In this document: positions 57,557 to 64,000 of the stretch, in pieces
Numbering within the stretch: position 1 is the stretch's first letter
Layout of the letters: every line of letters begins with the position of its first letter
Source of the DNA: Candidatus Planktophila sp.
GTDB lineage: Bacteria; Actinomycetota; Actinomycetes; Nanopelagicales; Nanopelagicaceae
Assembly (NCBI GenBank): GCA_017858325.1
Contig: JAFMBT010000002.1
Span: forward strand, 30,800 to 94,799
DNA: 64,000 nucleotides
Direction of reading: 5' to 3'
Notes under the pieces: model-generated
Seen by the model: the letters and a program-made list of their open reading frames with translations, nothing else
Database searches by the model: none
Told to the model about the DNA's origin: nothing
Made by a program: the position numbers and the translations under genes

Positions 57557-59872
57557 CTCATACGATGGATTTAAGATCGTGAGAGAACCTTCTTCTTCTC
57601 CGACCATTCCTTCCGCGCGAATTTCAGATCCCACATCAAGGCCAGCTATCTCACGGCGACCCAAAAATTGCAGGGTCACTCCTCCTGATTGATCCCAGAC
57701 TTCAACCTGCAAATAAGGGGCAGAGTCACGCGGTGCGCTCTTGATTGAGGTTACCTTGCCTTGCACGTGTGCACGCTTGCGCCACTGAATCTGACCAATC
57801 GGCGTCATTTTCTCTGCGTAATGACTTGTTGGTTCAACCTCTTTAATTACTTCAGCTACAGGCTTAAAGGCGACCGGCTTACTTGCGGTCTGTTCTTTCA
57901 CCACTCCATTGTCTGCACTGTGGGTGCTAGAGAGAATTCGACTCACATCGAAAGGAACGATTGTCGCTACCACACGCTGCAGATGAGAAATTGGAGCAGC
58001 AATTTTCTCTGCAGTTTGATCATGAAGTAGTCGGCCCAAGAAGCCAGAGTATGCACGTCGTGGAAGCAAAAGTGTTAACTCGATATCTGGCTTTAAAGTC
58101 ATTCGAAGAGCGTATTCAAGGGCAGCATTTGGAAGTCTGCGATCTGCGCAATCAACTAGTTCAAGAGGGACGTCATCAAAGGCAGGATTTTTTTGCCACA
58201 AAGCTGAAATCTCGTCTGCCTTTCTATCATCTAAAACAAAGTGCACCGCTTGCAGAGTGTGCGGCTTGAGCGATCTGGCATATCTCACTGCTGTTATTGT
58301 TGCGATATCAACGGTATCAACCAAGACCGTCACATTATGTCTTGAGATAGTTGTTGCACGAGCATCGTTCGAGCGAAAGAGGAGTGCTTGCTTCTCTTTT
58401 TGGTACTGCTTGTTAAAGTTTCTCATCGCCATAAGAGCAATAGGTGTTCCAATAACCACTAACCATGTGCCCTCTGAAAACTTAGTGATAGCTAAAATTG
58501 CAACGGTAATTACAGAGACAGAGCCAGCAAGGATGTGAACAATCGATCTCATCCTAGCCTTATCTTTAAGAGTCTTCTTCGCCATTCCAAAACCAGTCAA
58601 AGTAAATCCAATAAATACGGCTATCGCATAGATAGCGGCAAGTACGGTGATACTCGCTCCTGAGACAATAACTAGGACTGAAGCGGCGATGGCTATAAAG
58701 AGAATGCCACTGGAGAAGACCAACTTATGACCACGTGCGGTAAGGCGCTTAGGAAGGAAACCATCATTTGCGATCACGTTCACCATATTTGGGAATGCGT
58801 TATAGCAAGTATTTGCACCAGCAAAGAGAATAAGCATGGTGCCGGCCTGAACTACATAGTAAAAGATTTCACCAGCAAGGCTGGCACCTAGCGCTGCTTT
58901 AGAAACTAGCGAGATAACAGTAGGAGTTCCAGATTGATAAGGAACAGCAAGGGTTTGGTATGCCAGCCAACCTATTCCAATAATGAGAGATGCCAAAGTA
59001 ATCGCCATTAATGTAAATGTACGACGTGCATTGACGTGCTCTGGTGTGCGAAAAAGTGAAACGCTATCTGATACAGCCTCTAATCCGGTGAGAGAAGCAC
59101 TTCCATTGGCAAACGCTTTCAGGATCATCAGAATTGCTGCAAATGTAATGAGTCCCTGCTCTTCACCAAGCGGAAGTAGGCCCGGTGTATCTGTGGCATA
59201 TTCAGTGAGCGAACCATTCACTTTTCGGTAGATACCCATAATAAATACGACAGTCATGGATGCAATAAATATGTATGAGGGAAGTACGAAGATAACTCCC
59301 GCATCCTTTACCCCACGTAAATTAACGAAAGTTAAGAGCGCAATAATAAGTAAGGTCAGAGGCACCTTGTATTCAGTAAGAGCAGGGAATGCAGATATAA
59401 CGGCGGCAACTCCAGCTGCAGATTGAATAGCAACTGTAATGATGTAACCAAACATCAACTCAATCGCTGCAACCAATGAGACATTCATGCCAAAGTTCTC
59501 GCGGGCGACAACATATGCTCCACCAGAGCGCGTATATGTGTTTATTACATCGCGATATGAGAATGCAACGATTACGAGCATCATGAGCAAAATACTGATT
59601 AAAGGAGTAAATATCGCAAATGCGGCTAAACCAAAGGCAGGAACAAGTGCGACAAGAATCTGTTCGCCACCATATGCTGATGAGGACATACAGTTAGAAC
59701 CAAGAATTCCGAAAGAGTTTTTATTTGATAAACGTTGATCACCGAGAGAGTGGCGATTGAGCGGGGTACCTAGAATAAACTTTTTAATACGGTAACTGAT
59801 GGGATCGCGCACCGGGATCTGTTCCCGCAAAATCTGGGGCTCTGGCGCTCCATCGGTCCAGGACTTCGGCAC
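57545..59872 (-). CDS. APC-superfamily permease with a long cytoplasmic C-terminal extension ending in an OB-fold-like module
   Basis: It has about 12 TM segments in residues 70-490, then a soluble region. The last 90 aa or so (VQGKVTSIKSAP...LQVEVWDQSGGVTLQFLGRREIAGL..G..I.AEGMVGE.EGSL.ILNPSYELL) resemble stand-alone actinobacterial OB-fold proteins. Confidence 0.65.
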   Translation of the reverse strand: MPKSWTDGAPEPQILREQIPVRDPISYRIKKFILGTPLNRHSLGDQRLSNKNSFGILGSNCMSSSAYGGEQILVALVPAFGLAAFAIFTPLISILLMMLVIVAFSYRDVINTYTRSGGAYVVARENFGMNVSLVAAIELMFGYIITVAIQSAAGVAAVISAFPALTEYKVPLTLLIIALLTFVNLRGVKDAGVIFVLPSYIFIASMTVVFIMGIYRKVNGSLTEYATDTPGLLPLGEEQGLITFAAILMILKAFANGSASLTGLEAVSDSVSLFRTPEHVNARRTFTLMAITLASLIIGIGWLAYQTLAVPYQSGTPTVISLVSKAALGASLAGEIFYYVVQAGTMLILFAGANTCYNAFPNMVNVIANDGFLPKRLTARGHKLVFSSGILFIAIAASVLVIVSGASITVLAAIYAIAVFIGFTLTGFGMAKKTLKDKARMRSIVHILAGSVSVITVAILAITKFSEGTWLVVIGTPIALMAMRNFNKQYQKEKQALLFRSNDARATTISRHNVTVLVDTVDIATITAVRYARSLKPHTLQAVHFVLDDRKADEISALWQKNPAFDDVPLELVDCADRRLPNAALEYALRMTLKPDIELTLLLPRRAYSGFLGRLLHDQTAEKIAAPISHLQRVVATIVPFDVSRILSSTHSADNGVVKEQTASKPVAFKPVAEVIKEVEPTSHYAEKMTPIGQIQWRKRAHVQGKVTSIKSAPRDSAPYLQVEVWDQSGGVTLQFLGRREIAGLDVGSEIRAEGMVGEEEGSLTILNPSYELLV

Positions 59873-60007
59873 TTCGACTCCCTTTAGCTTTGGGTCATAG
59901 TCGCCGATAGCGACTCAACTGCATTCCGAGTGATCTCATCTTATGCGCTTACAGTTCTTTATCAACGGAGCAAAAATGAGTGAATGAGCTGAAACGATTA
60001 AAACGAG

Positions 60008-60092
60008 CGGAGGATGAGGGATTTGAACCCTCGAAAGGTTGCCCTTTACACGCTTTCCAAGCGTGCGCACTCGGCCGCTATGCGAATCCTCC
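60008..60092 (-). tRNA. tRNA-Ser (anticodon GGA)
   Basis: An 85-nt class II cloverleaf was folded by hand. The acceptor is GGAGGAT/ATCCTCC, the anticodon stem CACGC/GCGTG, the loop TTGGAAA, the long variable arm AAAGG-GCAA-CCTTT and the T arm GAGGG-TTCAAAT-CCCTC. Confidence 0.9.
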
Positions 60093-60134
60093 AAATGAGC
60101 GTGCTAAGGGTATCGCCGCACTCAGTATGATTTC

Positions 60135-60232
60135 ACCAGATCCTCCGCGCGGCATTACCGCGCTGAACTCCCCCAGGGTAGGAATACAGCAAGGGTAGGC
60201 GTGCTCTGATGGGTGCGCGGAGGGTCCCTTTA
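60135..60232 (+). ncRNA. ffs: signal recognition particle RNA (small bacterial 4.5S type); ends approximate
   Basis: Domain IV is CCAGG-GUA-GGAA-UAC-AGCAAGG, with the GNRA loop at 60181-60184. A 9-bp closing helix pairs CCTCCGCGC (60142-60150) with GCGCGGAGG (60215-60223). A TATGAT -10-like box lies at 60126-60131. The position upstream of dnaX is the conserved one. Confidence 0.7.
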
Positions 60233-60272
60233 AACTTTAGAATCAACCACGCGGACACGACGAGTAGGGGAG

Positions 60273-61979
60273 ATGATGTCACTAGCGCTCTATCGCAAGT
60301 ATCGCCCTTCAGTTTTTGCAGATGTCATCGGACAAGAACACGTCACCGTTCCTTTATCGAATGCACTTGAATCTGGTCGCACACACCACGCATATCTATT
60401 TAGCGGACCACGCGGTTGCGGAAAGACATCCAGCGCTCGCATTATGGCGCGCTCACTTAACTGCGAAAAAGGCCCAACACCGAATCCTTGTGGTGAGTGT
60501 CAATCATGTAAAGATCTCGTTGCAAATGGACCTGGATCACTTGATGTTATAGAACTTGATGCGGCAACCCATGGCCTAGTCGATGATGCCCGAGATCTTC
60601 GCGATAAAGCATTCTTCGCGCCAGTTCAAGGCAAGTACAAGATTTATATTATTGACGAGGCTCATCAACTTGGACCCGGAGCAGCTAATGCACTGCTCAA
60701 AGTTGTGGAAGAGCCACCCCCACATGTCATCTTTATCTTTGCAACAACAGAGCCAGAGAAGTTGATTTCAACAATTCGCTCACGTACTCATCACTATCCG
60801 TTTCGCTTAGTGCCACCTGGAATCTTGGGTGAGCATCTCGAAAAGATCTGCGCAGAAGAAGGTGTCAAAGTCGCAAAGGGTGTAATCCCACTTGTTGTCC
60901 GGGCCAGTGGCGGATCAGTGCGCGATGCACTCAGTGTCTTGGGCCAACTGCTGGCAGGTGCCGGCCCTGATGGGGTCAGCTATGAGATTGCGATTCAGCT
61001 TCTTGGTTTCACCGATGGTGCGCTATTAGATGACGCGGTAGATGCACTCGCCGCCCGCGATGGTGCAACGTTATTTAAGACTGTTGATCGCGTCATCGAA
61101 TCAGGACATGATCCGCGCCGCTTTACCAGCGATCTACTTGAGCGCCTGCGCGATCTGATGATTGTTGATGCTCTTGCTGCAACGCAGGCCAATTCAATTC
61201 TCCGCGAAATTCCGGAAGACCAACTTGAGCAAATGGTGACGCAAGCAAAAAACCTTGGCGCCGCAACGCTGTCGCGTGCAGCAGATATCGCAGCGGAAGG
61301 TCTGACACAGATGCGCGGTGCCACTGCGCCGCGATTAATTCTGGAACTTATCTGTGGCCGAATCTTGTTGCCGATGGGTGATTCCAGTGACTCTGGGCTA
61401 CTTGCTCGCCTGGAACGGTTAGAGCGCGTACAAGGAATGGCGACAACGTCAGCACCTGTGGCCGCACCCGTGGCTGAGAAAGTTGCCGCACCGTCAATCG
61501 TTGAAAAGAAAGTCGAAGCAACTGTAGAAGTAAAAGAGGTAGTGCAGGAGATTAAGAAGCCGGCAGCAGCTCCTGTTGATTCACTTGATATCAGCGCACT
61601 TCGCCGCTTGTGGCCAGAAGTAATTGAAAATGTGAAGAAGCGCCGTCGTCTGACGTGGTCACTCTTGAGTGCAAGCGCACAAGTGTTAGCGCTGGATGAA
61701 AAAATTATTACCATTGCGATTGCAAACCCCGGGGCTCGTGATTCATTTATTCGCTCTGAATCAGATGAAATTCTTCGTCAGGCATTTATCGATGTGACCG
61801 GCCTTGATCGTAAAATTGAGGCAGTGGTTGATCCATCAATTGACGTCAACAATAATCCTATGGCTCGCGCAGTGCGCACTGATGAAGAACCTACCGATAA
61901 GACTTTGCTTAGTGGGGCAGCGCTCTTAGCCGCCGAACTTGGTGCGACAGTTATCACAGATAAGAAATCAAATAAATGA
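60273..61979 (+). CDS. dnaX: DNA polymerase III subunit gamma/tau
   Basis: It has the Walker A motif GPRGCGKTS, a zinc module ([16 protein letters not shown]), IIDEAHQL and the sensor SRT. Confidence 0.9.
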   Translation: MMSLALYRKYRPSVFADVIGQEHVTVPLSNALESGRTHHAYLFSGPRGCGKTSSARIMARSLNCEKGPTPNPCGECQSCKDLVANGPGSLDVIELDAATHGLVDDARDLRDKAFFAPVQGKYKIYIIDEAHQLGPGAANALLKVVEEPPPHVIFIFATTEPEKLISTIRSRTHHYPFRLVPPGILGEHLEKICAEEGVKVAKGVIPLVVRASGGSVRDALSVLGQLLAGAGPDGVSYEIAIQLLGFTDGALLDDAVDALAARDGATLFKTVDRVIESGHDPRRFTSDLLERLRDLMIVDALAATQANSILREIPEDQLEQMVTQAKNLGAATLSRAADIAAEGLTQMRGATAPRLILELICGRILLPMGDSSDSGLLARLERLERVQGMATTSAPVAAPVAEKVAAPSIVEKKVEATVEVKEVVQEIKKPAAAPVDSLDISALRRLWPEVIENVKKRRRLTWSLLSASAQVLALDEKIITIAIANPGARDSFIRSESDEILRQAFIDVTGLDRKIEAVVDPSIDVNNNPMARAVRTDEEPTDKTLLSGAALLAAELGATVITDKKSNK

Positions 61980-62587
61980 CATCTGGAATGTATGAAGGCG
62001 CGATTCAAGATCTCATTGACGCCCTTGGTCGCCTTCCTGGTATTGGTCCAAAGTCAGCTCAACGCATTGCCTTCCACATTCTGCAGAGCGAGAGTGAAGC
62101 AGCGCACGCACTTGTTGATGCGATCCGCACCGTAAAAGAACGCGTAAAGTTCTGCGTGCAATGCGGCAATGTTTCTGAAGAAGATGAATGTCGAATCTGT
62201 CGCGATCCACGTCGTGACCCATCACAGATCTGTGTTGTCGAAGAGAGCAAAGATGTCATTGCAATCGAGCGCACCCGCGAATTTCGCGGCAAGTATCACG
62301 TGCTCGGTGGCGCAATTAGCCCGATCGATGGCATCGGCCCAGAACAGCTACGTATCCGTGAGTTAATGACGCGTCTTGCCGATTCAAAGATCACCGAAGT
62401 TATCTTGGCAACTGATCCAAATCTTGAAGGCGAAGCGACTGCGACATATCTGGCTCGTTTGATTAAGCCGATGGGCCTGAACGTCTCGCGCTTGGCCAGT
62501 GGGCTGCCGGTCGGTGGAGATTTGGAATATGCAGATGAGGTAACGCTCGGCCGCGCCTTTGAGGGGCGTCGTAACGTCGAAGGCTAG
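61976..62587 (+). CDS. recR: recombination protein RecR
   Basis: It has the HhH segment [11 protein letters not shown], the zinc finger [16 protein letters not shown] and a Toprim domain. Its ATG overlaps the dnaX stop. Confidence 0.9.
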   Translation: MTSGMYEGAIQDLIDALGRLPGIGPKSAQRIAFHILQSESEAAHALVDAIRTVKERVKFCVQCGNVSEEDECRICRDPRRDPSQICVVEESKDVIAIERTREFRGKYHVLGGAISPIDGIGPEQLRIRELMTRLADSKITEVILATDPNLEGEATATYLARLIKPMGLNVSRLASGLPVGGDLEYADEVTLGRAFEGRRNVEG

Positions 62588-62681
62588 CTTTCTCAACCTA
62601 TGAGATGCTAAATGTCTCATTATATGGAATTTCCGTAATTTAGGTAGCCCGCCTCGATGGCTATAGTTCACACTTACCTAC

Positions 62682-63971
62682 ATGGGGCTCATCGTTCAGA
62701 AATATGGCGGATCCTCGGTTGCAGATGCCGAGGGGATGAAGCGTGTTGCCGCCCGCATCGTCGCCTCCAAGAAGGCGGGCAACCAGGTCGTCGTTGTTGT
62801 CAGCGCAATGGGCGATACCACTGATGAATTGATTGAACTAGCGAACGCGGTCACCCCGATTCCGCAAGGGCGCGAATTAGATATGTTGCTTACCGCCGGT
62901 GAGCGAATTTCGATGGCTCTGCTTGCAATGGCGATTAACAATCTTGGATTTGAAGCGCGATCATTTACCGGAAGCCAAGCAGGGGTCATCACAAACTCTG
63001 TTCACGGCAAGGCTCGCATCATTGATGTGACCCCAGGGCGTATTCAAGAAGCAATTGATGAAGGCGCCATTGCAATCGTTGCAGGATTTCAAGGAATTTC
63101 TCAAGATACAAAAGACATTACAACGCTCGGACGCGGCGGTTCAGATACAACTGCAGTCGCGCTCGCCGCAGCCCTAGAAGCAGATGTCTGTGAGATTTAT
63201 ACAGATGTCGACGGCGTCTTTAGCGCCGACCCGCGCGTTGTTCCAGCAGCTCGCAAATTAAAGACTGTCACATATGAAGAGATGCTCGAACTTGCAGCAG
63301 CAGGTGCGAAAGTTCTTCACCTGCGATGTGTTGAATACGCACGCCGTTATGACTTACCGATTCACGTACGGTCATCATTTTCACCTAACGAAGGAACCTG
63401 GGTGGTTGCAAATCATCCTGAAGGCTACTCCCTTGGAAAGGGGACAAATATGGAACAAGCAATCATCTCAGGCGTGGCACACGACAAGTCTGAAGCGAAG
63501 ATCACCATCGTGGGCGTTCCTGACCGCACCGGTGTTGCGGCGCGAATTTTCCAAGCGATTGCAGATGCTGATATCAACATCGACATGATCGTGCAGAACG
63601 TCTCTGCCGCAACTACAGGCCTGACAGATATTTCATTTACCCTGCCAAAATCAGAGGGATCTGATGGCACCGCTGTCTTGCAACGCATTCAAGGTGAAGT
63701 TGGCTTCGCATCGATTCTCTACGATGACACCATCGGAAAACTCTCACTTGTCGGCGCAGGAATGCGTTCAAATCCAGGTGTTACAGCGACATTCTTTGCA
63801 GCGATGTCTGAAGCGGGCGTCAATATCGAAATGATTTCTACCTCAGAAATCCGCATCTCAATTATTGTTCGTGAGGCAGATCTAGATCGTGCAACAAAGG
63901 CTGCCCATACTGCTTTCCAGCTCGATGCAGATCAAGTTGAAGCGGTCGTCTATGGAGGAACAGGTCGATGA
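62682..63971 (+). CDS. ask: aspartate kinase (alpha subunit reading frame)
   Basis: It has [10 protein letters not shown], a kinase core and two C-terminal ACT domains, at 429 aa. Confidence 0.9.
   Translation: MGLIVQKYGGSSVADAEGMKRVAARIVASKKAGNQVVVVVSAMGDTTDELIELANAVTPIPQGRELDMLLTAGERISMALLAMAINNLGFEARSFTGSQAGVITNSVHGKARIIDVTPGRIQEAIDEGAIAIVAGFQGISQDTKDITTLGRGGSDTTAVALAAALEADVCEIYTDVDGVFSADPRVVPAARKLKTVTYEEMLELAAAGAKVLHLRCVEYARRYDLPIHVRSSFSPNEGTWVVANHPEGYSLGKGTNMEQAIISGVAHDKSEAKITIVGVPDRTGVAARIFQAIADADINIDMIVQNVSAATTGLTDISFTLPKSEGSDGTAVLQRIQGEVGFASILYDDTIGKLSLVGAGMRSNPGVTATFFAAMSEAGVNIEMISTSEIRISIIVREADLDRATKAAHTAFQLDADQVEAVVYGGTGR
63450..63971 (+). CDS. ask: aspartate kinase beta (regulatory) subunit from an in-frame internal start
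   Basis: The internal ATG is preceded by GGAAAGGGGA 5 nt upstream. The product would start [25 protein letters not shown], the position where corynebacterial and mycobacterial lysC-beta starts. Confidence 0.55.
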   Translation: MEQAIISGVAHDKSEAKITIVGVPDRTGVAARIFQAIADADINIDMIVQNVSAATTGLTDISFTLPKSEGSDGTAVLQRIQGEVGFASILYDDTIGKLSLVGAGMRSNPGVTATFFAAMSEAGVNIEMISTSEIRISIIVREADLDRATKAAHTAFQLDADQVEAVVYGGTGR

Positions 63972-64000
63972 AACGCAAACCATCACTTGCTGTAGTCGGT
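63968..64000 (+). CDS. asd: aspartate-semialdehyde dehydrogenase, first 11 codons only (continues beyond the window)
   Basis: Its ATG overlaps the ask stop (ATGA). The product begins [11 protein letters not shown], leading into the expected Rossmann motif. The ask-asd order is conserved in Actinobacteria. Confidence 0.6.
   Translation, partial: MKRKPSLAVVG

Noticed and set aside
59980-60198. 72-aa ORF on the + strand
   Set aside because: It lies entirely across the minus-strand tRNA-Ser gene and the SRP RNA. Its reading frame is a by-product of these structured RNA genes.
61247-61253. In-frame slippery heptamer A-AAA-AAC inside dnaX, a possible -1 frameshift site producing a gamma subunit as in E. 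coli
   Set aside because: The -1 frame stays open for roughly 45 codons instead of terminating quickly. The site lies near residue 326, inside what should still be the clamp-loader core. I saw no obvious downstream stem-loop or upstream Shine-Dalgarno-like stimulator.
60995-61714. 239-aa antisense ORF inside dnaX, plus many other listed antisense or alternative-frame ORFs (for example 274-645, 8347-8616, 11415-11903, 24722-25081, 38697-39062, 45843-46223, 46336-46743, 47701-48021)
   Set aside because: All are embedded in well-supported genes on the other strand or frame. They have low-complexity Ser/Arg/Ala-rich or otherwise unnatural composition and lack start-site context. They are typical shadow ORFs.
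62600-62620. Inverted repeat ATGAGA-N9-TCTCAT upstream of ask, considered as a lysine riboswitch or attenuator
   Set aside because: The whole recR-ask spacer is only 94 nt, far too short for an L-box. The 6-bp AT-rich stem is weak, so at most it is a minor recR terminator or operator.

Overview
The window looks like a moderately low-GC actinobacterial chromosome. Supporting synteny is tRNA-Ser / SRP RNA / dnaX / recR / ask / asd, plus a GuaB1-type IMPDH homolog and a TadA-associated protein. A streamlined freshwater lineage is an inference only. Nt 1-34,100 is a dense sugar and sugar-acid catabolic region. It holds a GH78 rhamnosidase fragment, a rhaB-rhaEW-rhaI-rhaM operon and a ROK/SIS/DeoR/class II aldolase module. 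It also holds a mannonate/KDG locus (ManD, ABC importer, two tandem UxuA paralogs, LacI, Eda, KdgK), lactonase/oxidoreductase genes and FprA. tRNA-Arg(ACG) is followed by a one-gene mscS cassette, which is closed by a 44-nt copy of the tRNA 3' part. After that come MlrC-like and DapA-like genes, an aldo/keto reductase, a three-ORF split UxaA-type dehydratase and a GH29 fucosidase. Nt 34,100-44,966 is a visibly AT-richer accessory island and the main candidate for an undescribed system. It encodes dedicated PAPS synthesis (cysD, cysN-cysC fusion) translationally coupled to a TauE-type permease. Two paralogous proteins of about 370 aa flank that module and carry both PAPS-binding motifs of sulfotransferases. 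The island continues with a LicC-like nucleotidyltransferase, two CDP-alcohol phosphotransferases (one with a variant catalytic motif), an ABC-exporter-like membrane protein without an ATPase domain, and a GT2 glycosyltransferase. A GC-rich 246-nt leader with a terminator-like hairpin precedes cysD. Nt 45,000-64,000 is mostly housekeeping: guaB1, nagA, kynU, an ABC-F protein, malic enzyme, upp, tadA, an APC permease with a C-terminal OB-fold-like extension, tRNA-Ser, ffs, dnaX, recR, ask and the start of asd. I saw no rRNA, CRISPR array, transposase, integrase or recognisable defence genes. All product calls rest on motif and family recognition by eye, because no searches were run.
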